In this document: positions 18,466 through 28,308 of the stretch, in pieces | Layout: the number at the start of each line of letters is the position of its first letter | Numbering within the stretch: position 1 is the first letter of the stretch | Origin: an uncultured delta proteobacterium | GTDB taxonomy: Bacteria; Desulfobacterota; RBG-13-43-22 | Length of the DNA: 61,674 nucleotides | NCBI GenBank assembly: GCA_963843145.1 | Contig: CAWJJC010000004.1 | Span: forward strand, 1-61,674 | Reading direction: 5' to 3' | Position numbers and translations under genes: made by a program | The notes under the pieces: generated by a model | What the model saw: the letters and a program-made list of their open reading frames with translations, nothing else | What the model was told of the DNA's origin: nothing | Databases searched by the model: none

Positions 18466-19337
18466 ATCACTTTGTTCAGGGGGTACTCGATGATCCCCTG
18501 GGCCCCTCTTTTGATCAATACCGGAATCAATTCCCGCACCCGCGCTTCCTCGATCACCGTTTCCACGGAAAACCAGTCGGACTGATACAAATTGGCGACG
18601 GTCGGAGCATTCAAACTCGGCAATTGTTGAACCACCTCTTTAAGTTTTTCTTTGGGGACATTCATCTTGATGCCCACCATCTTCTCGGCCCGCATGGCCC
18701 CCTGAAGCAGGAGGACAACCTGTTTGATTTTTTCCTTCTTCCAGGGATCCTTCCAGGAGTCCCGGTTGGCAATCACCTGGGTATTGGATTGCATCAATTC
18801 CTCGATGATTTTCAAACCATGGGCGTGAATGGTGCTCCCGGTTTCCGTGACTTCCACCACGGCATCAGCCAATCCCGAGGCGATCTTGGCCTCCGTGGCC
18901 CCCCAGGAAAATTCCACCCGCACCGGTATTTCCCGCTCGGCAAAGTAGCGCCGGGTGAAGTTGACCAATTCCGTGGCGATTTTTTTCCCCCGCAGGTCCT
19001 CCGGTTTTTTATATTTGGAATCATTGGCCACCGCCAGCACCCAGCGGGCCGGACGCTGGCTGACCTTGGAATACACCAAGTCGGCCACCATTTTGACTTT
19101 GGAATTGTTTTCCAGGGTCCAATCCCTCCCGGTCAAGCCCACATCCAAGGTTCCGCTCTCCACGTACCGGGACATTTCCTGGGCCCGGCAAATGGAACAT
19201 TGAATTTCCTCGTCGTCTATTTCCGGAAAATAATTCCGGCTGTTCACATCGATCTTCCAGCCGGACTTTCGGAACAGTTTGATGGTCGCCTCCTGGAGAC
19301 TCCCTTTCGGAATACCTAATTTTAACAAGGGCTTCAC
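18462..19337 (-). CDS. hisG: ATP phosphoribosyltransferase (long form)
   Basis: GIPKGSL, GATEAK, ETGST, APTV. Confidence 0.95.
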   Translation of the reverse strand: MKPLLKLGIPKGSLQEATIKLFRKSGWKIDVNSRNYFPEIDDEEIQCSICRAQEMSRYVESGTLDVGLTGRDWTLENNSKVKMVADLVYSKVSQRPARWVLAVANDSKYKKPEDLRGKKIATELVNFTRRYFAEREIPVRVEFSWGATEAKIASGLADAVVEVTETGSTIHAHGLKIIEELMQSNTQVIANRDSWKDPWKKEKIKQVVLLLQGAMRAEKMVGIKMNVPKEKLKEVVQQLPSLNAPTVANLYQSDWFSVETVIEEARVRELIPVLIKRGAQGIIEYPLNKVI

Positions 19338-19720
19338 TTTTTATAAACCTCCCCGGGATCAAAGGCCTGCTCCCCTCGCACTTCCAGGCTGCCGTCAGAC
19401 TGCACCTGCTGAAAAAAACAGCTCCGGTATCCGGTATGACAGGCCCCACCCCCCAGTTGTTCCACTTTAAGCAAGATGGTGTCGTGGTCGCAATCGATCC
19501 AGATTTCCTTAACTTCCTGGACATGACCGGAAGTGCCCCCCTTCAACCAGAGTTCATTCCGGCTCCGGCTCCAGTAATGGGCCTTCCGGGTCTCCAGGGT
19601 CTTTTCCCAGGCTGTTGGATTCATAAAAGCCAGCATCAGGACCTGCCCGGTCTGCCAATCCTGGGCGATGGCCGGCAGCAGCCCCCGTCCTTTTTCAAAA
19701 TCCGGTTTCTTTTCTTCCAA
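19334..19720 (-). CDS. hisI: Phosphoribosyl-AMP cyclohydrolase
   Basis: [33 protein letters not shown]. Confidence 0.95.
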   Translation of the reverse strand: MEEKKPDFEKGRGLLPAIAQDWQTGQVLMLAFMNPTAWEKTLETRKAHYWSRSRNELWLKGGTSGHVQEVKEIWIDCDHDTILLKVEQLGGGACHTGYRSCFFQQVQSDGSLEVRGEQAFDPGEVYKK

Positions 19721-19841
19721 AATTTCCTCTTCAGCCTACCGAGACAATGGAGATCTCTACAACCCGAATCTTTTATTATAACTTATATTTATCAATAAAG
19801 TCAACCCAGGTCAAAAAAAACGAAAAAATAGTGGGATGGAT

Positions 19842-20123
19842 TTAGCGGTTTAAAGGGGGAACTGTAAAAAATTCCAGGGTTTTAACAGGGTAATGTTTCC
19901 GGTTATAGGTTACCAACGTCAGATTGTTTAGCAAACAGGTGCCGGCGATAATGGCATCCCCCAGTCCCAGGGTCAGCCCTTTCGATTTCTGGTCCCGGGC
20001 GATTTTAGCGGCTTGCGAAGCCACTTCTCGGTCAACTTCGAAAACCTTAAGGGCCTTCAGAAACCGGCTCGTTTTTTCCTCCTCGCTTTTCTTCATACCC
20101 ATTTCCACTTGAAGTGAATTCAA
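19842..20123 (-). pseudogene. vapC: VapC/PIN toxin lacking its N-terminus
   Basis: DAIIAGT..LVTYNRKHY present; N-terminal DT motif absent, MITE sequence in its place. Confidence 0.75.
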
Positions 20124-20196
20124 ATGGTCCCACCCCCACCCCAGCCCGGCACTTATTCGCGCTCGGGCTGCTGACGGACTTTTTGCGAGTCCGTCA
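20123..20196. mobile_element. Partial MITE, colinear with 54817-54890
   Basis: Gapless alignment; ends GGACTTTTTGCGAGTCCGTCA. Confidence 0.7.
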
Positions 20197-20472
20197 GCCT
20201 TTACCCTGCCCGTCCAGGCGCTCCCACCGCTTTTGCAAGGAAGCCCTTTGCTTACCCAAATAGGCTTCCATGTCCCGGGAACTCCGGAGATCCAGGTGCC
20301 GTTTCTCGTCCCAGGCCCCCCGCGTTTCCTCCAATATTTTCAGGAAACGTTCCCGCTCTAATTTTTCGAGGGCCGCCTCGGCGATGAATAGGCTCCGGCC
20401 CCTTTTACCGGCAACTTGATCGACCTCTTCCAGGATTTCTTTCGGGAGAACCAGATGCGCCTTTACTTTCAT
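20194..20472 (-). CDS. RHH-type antitoxin
   Basis: LPKEILEEVD..RSLFIAEA; directly upstream of the PIN gene. Confidence 0.75.
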   Translation of the reverse strand: MKVKAHLVLPKEILEEVDQVAGKRGRSLFIAEAALEKLERERFLKILEETRGAWDEKRHLDLRSSRDMEAYLGKQRASLQKRWERLDGQGKG

Positions 20473-20702
20473 GGATCACTTCCTATGGCCCTGATTAGTA
20501 CCATAGATTATAGAACTTTTTATGGAACTGGTAAATAGCACTCTTTTTGACCGAAATACATTTCCCAATCCGGCAGGTTGCGTCACGCGCCCAATAATCG
20601 CCGCTGCAGCAGTAATTGCAGGTCACTGGCCATCGGCGATCAGCGAAACGAACCGGTTGGGCAGCTTTCTGTTTTTAAGGGGAGCTGACCCTATGGCCCA
20701 TC

Positions 20703-21005
20703 TTACTGTTTGACCAGTTCTACCCGACGGTTTTTCGCCCTACCGGCCTCGGTGTCGTTGGGCGCCACTGGAGCCAGAGAGGCGACTCCAAAAGGCTTCA
20801 GACGGGCGGCGGCTATCCCGTATTTGCCAACCAGGGCATTCATTACCGCCTTTTGCGTGCAACCGTGAATCCAGGAACCCGGCATCCGGGTGAAGAGCGG
20901 GTGGTCCTGGCAGCCGGCTTGGTCGTTGTTGCCGGCCACGGCACTCCCGGAGAGCAACAGCAAGAGACCTACAATACTGAGCGACATCCTAGTCATTCTT
21001 TTCAT
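20703..21005 (-). pseudogene. OmpA-family protein with a large in-frame internal deletion
   Basis: Signal peptide plus DHPLFTRMPG joined directly to the OmpA tail GRAKNRRVELV. Confidence 0.7.
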
Positions 21006-21060
21006 AAAAGTTTCCTCCTATTTATTAAGGGTCTCACAATAGCTTTTAGATACACCGACC

Positions 21061-21091
21061 GTCATCCCCGAGTGTTTTAATCGGGGATCCA
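21061..21091. repeat. REP-like palindrome
   Basis: GTCATCCCCGA..TCGGGGATCCA. Confidence 0.7.
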
Positions 21092-21120
21092 GCATCGCAC
21101 TTCTATTTCTTCGTTGAAGC

Positions 21121-21546
21121 TCATGATGCCTGCGGCAAACTGTGCCACCAGATGCGGCACTGCCTGCACAAGCCGCCCTCGAACTCGGCTTTCAACACGC
21201 CGTCGAGGACCATCCGAGGCAGCGGATCGCCCGGCTTTCGGGCCACGAGGTTCGTACCGGTGGATTTGGCCCAGATTTGGAAGAGCTCTTCGGACGCCAC
21301 CTGGTAGGTGACATGCCAGTGAGCGATGCCACCGGCAGGTGTGGACGCCAGGACCTCGTAAGTGACGTGCACGTCCTCTTGTAGTTTCACGCGCCGCCAG
21401 TACTCGGCAAGCTGCGTATGGCCACGCTGAACGGCAAAGGGAGTGTTGTAGTATTCGCCATCTTCAGCGAAGAGGGCGACGAACATGGACTCATCGCCTT
21501 GCTCCCAGGCGGCCTTGTAATCTTGCATGAACTGCTCGATATTCAT
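21121..21546 (-). CDS. SnoaL/NTF2-like protein (probable gene cassette)
   Basis: YKAAWE, LFAEDGEY, RIWW; begins just after an attC GTTAGGC with an AAAGGAG RBS. Confidence 0.8.
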   Translation of the reverse strand: MNIEQFMQDYKAAWEQGDESMFVALFAEDGEYYNTPFAVQRGHTQLAEYWRRVKLQEDVHVTYEVLASTPAGGIAHWHVTYQVASEELFQIWAKSTGTNLVARKPGDPLPRMVLDGVLKAEFEGGLCRQCRIWWHSLPQAS

Positions 21547-21570
21547 AGCGCTCCTTTCGTGTTCTGCGGC

Positions 21571-21661
21571 GCCTAACGCGGCGTTGACCTTTGGGGCGCA
21601 GCTTGCGTGGCCGAAGGCCCAGGCAAGCCTGTGACATCGGTGTCAAATAGCCTGGTTAGTG
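21571..21661 (-). mobile_element. Integron attC site
   Basis: Minus strand CACTAAC...TTGACACC...central hairpin...GGTCAA...GTTAGGC. Confidence 0.7.
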
Positions 21662-21687
21662 CCGTCTGGGGGCGACGCCGCAGGCGG

Positions 21688-21813
21688 TGGCAACACCCAG
21701 GTTCAACGGTTCGCAGGCTCGCATTGGAGTTGGGGAATAGGAAACCGCTTTCATCAACGACCATGTTGGGGAACTCCGCGGGCCGCCAATCCGTTTGCAG
21801 CCGGTTGTTCTGC
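21688..21813 (-). mobile_element. Degenerate attC-like site after hicB
   Basis: GCAGAACAACCGGCTGCA...CCGTTGAACCTGGGTGTTGCC. Confidence 0.45.
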
Positions 21814-21824
21814 GCTGCCCCGCA

Positions 21825-22037
21825 TCAGGCGTACTGGAGCCGGCGGCCCTTCGGCTCCGGGATTGGTCGGGCAAATTCCCTTGCAGTGTCGATCCATAGC
21901 TCCATAGCCTCTTTGCAGTTCTCCAGTGCCTCGTCTGGACTCTTTCCATGTGCGGCACACCCCGGAAGTTCCGGGACCTCGGAGATGAAGGCTTGGTCGT
22001 CGTTGCTCCAGTAAATAATGATCTCGTACCTATGCAT
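21825..22037 (-). CDS. hicB: HicB antitoxin
   Basis: YEIIIYWS, VPELPGCAAHG, IPEPKGR. Confidence 0.92.
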   Translation of the reverse strand: MHRYEIIIYWSNDDQAFISEVPELPGCAAHGKSPDEALENCKEAMELWIDTAREFARPIPEPKGRRLQYA

Positions 22038-22297
22038 TAATCGTCCTCCTCGGCGGCGAGGCCATGGGTCGTAATCACTGCCCTGACCTGGCGCACCTGA
22101 TATGGTTTCGCGAGTCGTCCTTCGCGTTGAAGGTTGACCATGTCTTCGACCCCTGACCTTACGAATAGGTGATGGCTGCCCCGAATGCGCTCGACAAACC
22201 CCAAGTGCCCAAGAAGCCGCCGCAGGTCATCGAAGTCGATGTTCGAGTCGGACCGGCCGTTCAGAACCCTGGCAAACAATTTGCTGTATTTCGTCAT
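22037..22297 (-). CDS. hicA: HicA toxin
   Basis: LGFVERIRGSHH, AKPYQVRQV. Confidence 0.9.
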   Translation of the reverse strand: MTKYSKLFARVLNGRSDSNIDFDDLRRLLGHLGFVERIRGSHHLFVRSGVEDMVNLQREGRLAKPYQVRQVRAVITTHGLAAEEDD

Positions 22298-22488
22298 ATC
22301 TTTATGCCCTTCTCAAGGCTCCACGCGCAGAAGTTTACCCCATGACTGTGCCCGGGGTCTATACCGAACATTTCGACAACAGATCCTCAAATAGTTTTTA
22401 AGGCCGCGTCATCCCCCATTCGGGAAGTCAACCTTATCCTTTCCTGACTTTCCTTATCAGCCCCAGATGTCCCTGTTCATATCGTCTC

Positions 22489-23604
22489 TCAGGTTGTCCC
22501 GCCGCTGGCCGAAGAGCGCTCGGCGCCGGTCCATTGGGCGTGGAGCTGGCCGCAGGCGGCGGAGATGTCGGCCCCTTTGCTCCGGCGGACCATGACGGTA
22601 AAATGCCTTTGAATCAAGATTTCCTGGAAGGCCGCGATGTGCTTTTCCGAGGGAGGCCGGAAATCGATCCCCGGGTGGGGATTGAAGGGGATCAGATTGA
22701 TCTTGGCCTTGACCCCCTGAAGCTGCTCGGTCAACAGCCGGGCCGCAGCCGGAGAATCATTGACTCCTTTAATCAATATATATTCAAAGGTGATCCGTCG
22801 GCCCCGGGGCAAGGGATAACGGCGACAGGCCTCGATCAGGGGCGAAATCGGGTAGCGGCGGTTCACCGGCATGAGGTGATCCCGGGTGGCGTCATCCGCG
22901 GCATTGAGGGAAACCGCCAGGTTTACCGGGGAAGACCGGCCCAATAGATTCATTTGGGGGACCAGCCCCGCGGTGGAAAGGGTCAGATGGCGAGGGGAAA
23001 GCTGGAGTCCTTGAGGCGAAAGGAGGTTGTTCAACGCTTTGAGGGTGTTCTCAAAATTAGCCAAAGGTTCGCCCATACCCATGAAGACCACATTGGTCAG
23101 CGGCATGTCTCCTTCGGGCAGGGCGGCCCTGACGGCCAAGACCTGATTGACAATCTCCGCGGCCTTCAAGTCGCGGCGAAACCCCATCCGGCCGGTATAA
23201 CAAAAGCGGCATTGCTGCGCGCAACCCACCTGGGAGGAGATGCAGAGGGTATAGTGCCCCTTTTCCGGGATCAGGACGCTTTCGATCCGTTCCCCGTCTT
23301 CCAGCCCGAATAAAAACTTGAGGGTCCCATCTTGGGAGGTTTCCCTGGCCAGGATTTCCAACCGGCTGAGGTAGGCGACTTCGTTCAATCGGTCGCGCCA
23401 CCGTTGAGCGATATTGGTCATCTGGTCAATCGACTCCACGCCGGGCTTGAAGATCCAGCGAAAGAGCTGTTCCCCGCGGTAGGGTTCCAGGCCCCATTCA
23501 GCCGCCCAACCCTTTACTTCCTCCAGGGTCAGATTTCGCAGATCCACCTTGCCCGGCCCCTGAGCTGCGCCGCGCCGCGCCGAAGAGGTCGGGACGGATT
23601 TCAT
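22489..23604 (-). CDS. rlmN: 23S rRNA m2A2503 methyltransferase RlmN
   Basis: CISSQVGCAQQCRFC, MGMGEP, AACGQL. Confidence 0.95.
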   Translation of the reverse strand: MKSVPTSSARRGAAQGPGKVDLRNLTLEEVKGWAAEWGLEPYRGEQLFRWIFKPGVESIDQMTNIAQRWRDRLNEVAYLSRLEILARETSQDGTLKFLFGLEDGERIESVLIPEKGHYTLCISSQVGCAQQCRFCYTGRMGFRRDLKAAEIVNQVLAVRAALPEGDMPLTNVVFMGMGEPLANFENTLKALNNLLSPQGLQLSPRHLTLSTAGLVPQMNLLGRSSPVNLAVSLNAADDATRDHLMPVNRRYPISPLIEACRRYPLPRGRRITFEYILIKGVNDSPAAARLLTEQLQGVKAKINLIPFNPHPGIDFRPPSEKHIAAFQEILIQRHFTVMVRRSKGADISAACGQLHAQWTGAERSSASGGTT

Positions 23605-24848
23605 GCCCTGATCGCCTGAGCGGCCTGGGTACCGGCTACCCAGCCGGTGGAAAAAGCCGCTTGCAGATTAAACCCGCCGGTCCGGCCTTGAATATCCAGG
23701 ACCTCCCCGCAGAGAAATAAATTCTTTATCTTTTTGGATTCCAGTGTGCGGGGATCCACTTCTTTCAGGGCAATTCCCCCGGCGGTAATAATAGCCTCGT
23801 CCAGGGGACGATGCCCCTGGATGGTGAGACGGAAATCAGACAATAAATTCTTGATCCGGTTCCGTTCAGCGGCGGTGATTTGATTACCTTTCTTCTCCGC
23901 CGGAACATCCGCCCGGGATAAAAAAACCGGGATCATCCGCGAGGGAAGCAGGTTTTTCATGACCGATCCGGCCCCCTTTAAGGAATTTTCCTGAAATTCT
24001 TTTCTTAATCTCAGGTCGATCTGTTCCGCAGTTAAGGCCGCTTTCAAATTCAAGGAAACTTCCACTTTCCCTTTGGGCAGGCCATCAACGGCCCGGCCGC
24101 TCAGGGTCAGGATAATCGGGCCCGACAGGCCGAAATGGGTAAAAATCATCTCCCCGAATTCCGATTGATCTTTCACCCCCTTAAAATAAAGAGTGGCTTG
24201 GACATTCTTTAAGGACAGGCCCTGTAGTCCGGGGACCCAATCTTCTCCCGTGACCAGGGGAATGAGATAAGGTCTGACGGGAATAATGGCGTGGCCCAGC
24301 GACTTCGCCAGGCGATAGCCGTCTCCGCTGGAACCGGTCTGGGGATAGGAGGCCCCTCCGGTGGCCAGGACCACCGCCTGGGCTTCAATAAACCGCCCCC
24401 GGGACCAGACCCCCTTAACCGCTCCGTCCTCAATCTCGATTTTCTCCACCGGGTGTTCTTTGCTGATCCTGACCCCGCCCTGTTGCCCGTAACGCAGGAG
24501 GGCGGAAACCAGGTCCAGGGCCCGGTCCGAGACCGGAAAGACCCGCTGACCCCGCTCCACGGTCAAGGGGACACCCAGGCCTTCAAAAAAGTCCATCAGG
24601 TCCTGATTGAAAAACCGGGCGAAACAATTGCGCAGGAATTTTCCATCCGGGAAATAACTCTCGATGAAGGTTTGGATATCTCCCTGGTTGGTCAGGTTCC
24701 CCCGCCCTTTCCCGGCAATACCCAACTTCAGTCCCAGGCGAGGCATTTTTTCCAGCAGGAGCACACGGGCGCCCATTTCCGCCGCCCGCCCGGCGGCCAT
24801 CAGCCCCGAAGCGCCCCCGCCGATAACAATCACCCGGGGAGGTAACAT
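23601..24848 (-). CDS. HI0933/BaiN-family flavoprotein
   Basis: GGGASG, ATGGASYP.TGS.GDGY, GGFNLQAA; probable start MLPP. Confidence 0.9.
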   Translation of the reverse strand: MLPPRVIVIGGGASGLMAAGRAAEMGARVLLLEKMPRLGLKLGIAGKGRGNLTNQGDIQTFIESYFPDGKFLRNCFARFFNQDLMDFFEGLGVPLTVERGQRVFPVSDRALDLVSALLRYGQQGGVRISKEHPVEKIEIEDGAVKGVWSRGRFIEAQAVVLATGGASYPQTGSSGDGYRLAKSLGHAIIPVRPYLIPLVTGEDWVPGLQGLSLKNVQATLYFKGVKDQSEFGEMIFTHFGLSGPIILTLSGRAVDGLPKGKVEVSLNLKAALTAEQIDLRLRKEFQENSLKGAGSVMKNLLPSRMIPVFLSRADVPAEKKGNQITAAERNRIKNLLSDFRLTIQGHRPLDEAIITAGGIALKEVDPRTLESKKIKNLFLCGEVLDIQGRTGGFNLQAAFSTGWVAGTQAAQAIRA

Positions 24849-24999
24849 GGCGCAACTCGCCCGGCGAATTGAAAGATTTGAATTTTGAACATTGTTGTTT
24901 GTTTCGAATTTCGTGCTTCGGATTTCGAATTTATAAATGCCGTTACCTGACTGTGCGAGATAACTTCTCAGAGACCCGTTTAACAGAATTATTCCCAAT

Positions 25000-25653
25000 T
25001 TATTTCTTGAGGGTGCGGAGTTTGGCTAATTCCCAGACATAATCGTAGAGATGCAACCCTTTGCTGGCGGCGACGATCTGGCCGTCCTCCACCCCGATCT
25101 CCTGGGCCATATATTCCTTCAGCATTTGTATGGCGGCCAGATTGGCCGGGAAACCGTTCCAGAGATCCCAGGAGCGGAAATAAACAAAAAAATGGAGCCG
25201 CCCGTCACGGATGCGGGTGTCGATCCCCCGGAGGCAGGGAGGGTCTTTTAAATAGATGGCCTGGGGATTTCCCACGGTCATGTAGGCCTGGTTGGTTCCG
25301 TAGCCGTCCTCTTTATACATGCGGATGACTTCCTGAATCTGGGACTCCAGATACTGGCCATACGTGTAATCCTCATTGTCCTGTTTGACGGCCGTCATCA
25401 AATAGGGCAGATATTGTTCCACATAGCCCTCGGCCACCGGGTTGGGGATCCCCAGATTCGGCGGGATGTCGGGAATCAACGGCCGGGTTCCCGGGTGCTT
25501 GATCTGAACGGTCAGGTAATCGAATTCCAACCTTTTTTGTCCTTCGCAGCTTCCCCGGTCGATCACGTATTCCCGGCCGTGTTCCAGAATCTCATATACG
25601 GATTGAAACCAGGCATCCGGTAGGTCGCGGGCCTTAATAAAATTCAGCTTCAT
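25000..25653 (-). CDS. thyA: Short thymidylate synthase-family protein
   Basis: YTYG, DPPCL, FRSWD, PAN, HLY. Confidence 0.8.
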   Translation of the reverse strand: MKLNFIKARDLPDAWFQSVYEILEHGREYVIDRGSCEGQKRLEFDYLTVQIKHPGTRPLIPDIPPNLGIPNPVAEGYVEQYLPYLMTAVKQDNEDYTYGQYLESQIQEVIRMYKEDGYGTNQAYMTVGNPQAIYLKDPPCLRGIDTRIRDGRLHFFVYFRSWDLWNGFPANLAAIQMLKEYMAQEIGVEDGQIVAASKGLHLYDYVWELAKLRTLKK

Positions 25654-25695
25654 AATAAAACCTCTTCTATTCTTAGTTGGTGCCGGCCGATCCGG

Positions 25696-28152
25696 TCAGG
25701 AACGGAGAGGCTGCAACCGTTTTTGCGCATACATGCGATCATCGGCTATTTTCAGAATCTCCTCATAATCGCTGTTTTGGGAGGCCACCCCGATCGAAAG
25801 GCCGAGCAGGGGGTTATGGGGCGGTATCATAACCTCTCTGGCCTTTTGCTGTATGCGCTCGGCAATCTTCAGGGCTTCGGGTTCCGTGGTTTCGATCAAA
25901 ATGACTAGAAATTCATCCCCCCCGTACCGTCCGACGATATCAATATTCCGACAACTTCTTTGAATTAACCCGGCCAATTCTTTTAAGACCCGATCCCCGA
26001 CGCCATGACCGAAGGTATCGTTGATTTGCTTGAAATGATCCACGTCGATCATCATCAATCCCAGATAGCCCCCATGTCTACGACAACGGTTGATCTCTTC
26101 ACTCAACCGTTCTTCCAGATAGCGCCGGTTGAAGGCCCCGGTCAAGCCATCCATCCGGCTTAATTCGACCAGGGCCTGGTTTAAATGTTGGGTCTCCTGG
26201 TAAATCCGGGCATTATTGATAGCCCCGGCCAGGATCGGCGCCAGTTGCTGAAAAAAATCGATTTCATCCGGAGAAAAGGCCTGGGGCTCCGGGTCGGCGA
26301 TATTGAGGATACCGATGACCCGTTCCTGTATTTTTAAGGGAAAAACCGCCATGGACCCGATCTCTCTTTTTTCTGGGGAGGACAGGAGGGCCTGGGGATA
26401 GCTACGGTAGTCCGGGATAAGCAGGGATTCCCCGGTCCGGGCCGCCTCACCGGAGGCGCCCTGACCCAGGGGGATTCTATTATGATCCCGGATATGGTCA
26501 GGCGGGTAGCCAACTTGCACCAGGTACTCCAGTTCCCGGGTTCCTTCATTCAAAATCAAGATGCCGATCATGGGGACCTGGGATTTTCGCGTGATCATCT
26601 CGACCGCCCGGTTGAGCAAGTTGTTCAAATCCAGAGACCGGTTGACCTCCTCGGAGAGGGCATAATGAAATTCCAACCGCTCCTTCTTCTCCTGGAGATC
26701 CGTTTCGATTCGGCGTCTCTCGCTGATATCCAGCAAAGCCCCGTGCATCGCCGGTTCATTCCGGTAGTTGATCCCGGTCCCGATGACTTCCACTTGGATC
26801 GAGCGTCCGTCTTTTCTGATCCCCTCCCAGATGAAGTGGGCCATTTCACCGGGTTCCGATTCCAGGTTCCCAATGAGGTCACGAACCCTTTCCCGCTCCT
26901 TCGGCGCCACCAATTCATAGACATCTTTCAGGGAAGTCAATTCCTCGGGGCTGTAACCGAAGATCTCCCCCAGACGGGGATTGACGAAGGCAAACCGGTC
27001 CTTCTGAATCAAAAATACCCCCACCAATGATCCTTCGACCAGGGCCCGGTACTTCCCTTCCGACTCGCCCAAAGAATGGAGGGTTTCATTCAGCTTGCCG
27101 CTCATTTCCCTGAAATTCCGGCCCAATTCTCCAATTTCATCCGACCGGGTCAGGATGCCGGGGGGTTCCTCCCAAGTTTCCCCTTTGAATTGTCGGATAC
27201 TTTGGCTGAGGGCCTGAATAGGCCTTACCAATATGCCCATCCCCCAGATCCCTAACCCGATAGCGGCAATCAGGGCCAGCAGCAGGGCCAGGGCAACCTC
27301 CTGTCGCAAGGACTTCAAAGGGGCTAAAATTTCCCGGGATTCCGTCTGAAGGGCCACGATCCAGTCGACGCCCTCCATTCGGTAAAAGGAAATCCAGACC
27401 TCATTCCCATCCCGATTGGGGCGGCAAATCGTTCCTACTCCCTTTTGGGGAAACAGTTCGGGAGAGATTTGATATCCAGACAACCGGGCCTGATTCATGA
27501 TAATTCCCGGGTCGGGGTGAAAAATCAGTTGGCCCCTTGAATCGTAAATCAATATTTTTCCGGTTTGGCCGATACGGTTCCCCTTGAAAATGCCGAACAT
27601 GTTATCCCGCAGCAAATTCACGGACCCGGCCATCAGGCCAAAAAAATTCCCGTCATAACTCCTGAGGGGAGCAGTAAAGGTAATCACCGGCGCCCCGGTG
27701 CGTTTGGAAATATACGTCTTGGAAATGACCGGACATTTTTCATCCCGGGTCTTTTGAAAATATTCCCGGAAGGAAAAATCATGCCCCAAAAAATCCATTC
27801 CGGCCGGATAGTCCGCCAATCCCTGGCCTTGGGCGTTAAGGATAAAAAAACCATTGTCAAAATTAGAATTATGATTAAAAGCGGATTCCAGATAGGACTC
27901 GAGCCGGTCGTGTTTCTTTTCCTTGATCCAGGAAAAATCCAGATGAGCGGCAATATTCAATAGATCGGTTTGGGCGGTGCGAATACCGGCATCGAGACGT
28001 TCACCGAGCAGACTGACAATTTCTTCCTGCCGCTGTTGGGTCTGAATCAACAGGGCCTTCTCCAGAAAATAATAGAAATAGATGACCTGTCCTAAAAAAA
28101 CAGCGACCAGGAGGATCGATAAAAAAAGGGAGGCTTTGGTTCTTAGTTTCAT
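25696..28152 (-). CDS. Membrane diguanylate cyclase (dCache-HAMP-PAS-GAF-GGDEF)
   Basis: DFSFREYF, RSDEIGEL, DGLTG, RNID I-site, RYGGDEF. Confidence 0.92.
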   Translation of the reverse strand: MKLRTKASLFLSILLVAVFLGQVIYFYYFLEKALLIQTQQRQEEIVSLLGERLDAGIRTAQTDLLNIAAHLDFSWIKEKKHDRLESYLESAFNHNSNFDNGFFILNAQGQGLADYPAGMDFLGHDFSFREYFQKTRDEKCPVISKTYISKRTGAPVITFTAPLRSYDGNFFGLMAGSVNLLRDNMFGIFKGNRIGQTGKILIYDSRGQLIFHPDPGIIMNQARLSGYQISPELFPQKGVGTICRPNRDGNEVWISFYRMEGVDWIVALQTESREILAPLKSLRQEVALALLLALIAAIGLGIWGMGILVRPIQALSQSIRQFKGETWEEPPGILTRSDEIGELGRNFREMSGKLNETLHSLGESEGKYRALVEGSLVGVFLIQKDRFAFVNPRLGEIFGYSPEELTSLKDVYELVAPKERERVRDLIGNLESEPGEMAHFIWEGIRKDGRSIQVEVIGTGINYRNEPAMHGALLDISERRRIETDLQEKKERLEFHYALSEEVNRSLDLNNLLNRAVEMITRKSQVPMIGILILNEGTRELEYLVQVGYPPDHIRDHNRIPLGQGASGEAARTGESLLIPDYRSYPQALLSSPEKREIGSMAVFPLKIQERVIGILNIADPEPQAFSPDEIDFFQQLAPILAGAINNARIYQETQHLNQALVELSRMDGLTGAFNRRYLEERLSEEINRCRRHGGYLGLMMIDVDHFKQINDTFGHGVGDRVLKELAGLIQRSCRNIDIVGRYGGDEFLVILIETTEPEALKIAERIQQKAREVMIPPHNPLLGLSIGVASQNSDYEEILKIADDRMYAQKRLQPLRS

Positions 28153-28308
28153 TGCATCCTTGACGTAAGAATCTTTTGACTGAACGCCGGCCGGAAGTGG
28201 GACCAATCGATAAATTTCTATTATGATTCCTGTAACTTGTCAATCTATTTGTTCCCGGGAACCGAAAGGCATTGACAACTCGGAAAGGCTCTTCCATAAT
28301 TTATCATT

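Noticed and set aside
25000-25653. Thymidylate synthase homolog as a phage-type DNA-modification enzyme
   Set aside because: Housekeeping context and retained Asn (PAN), consistent with dUMP specificity
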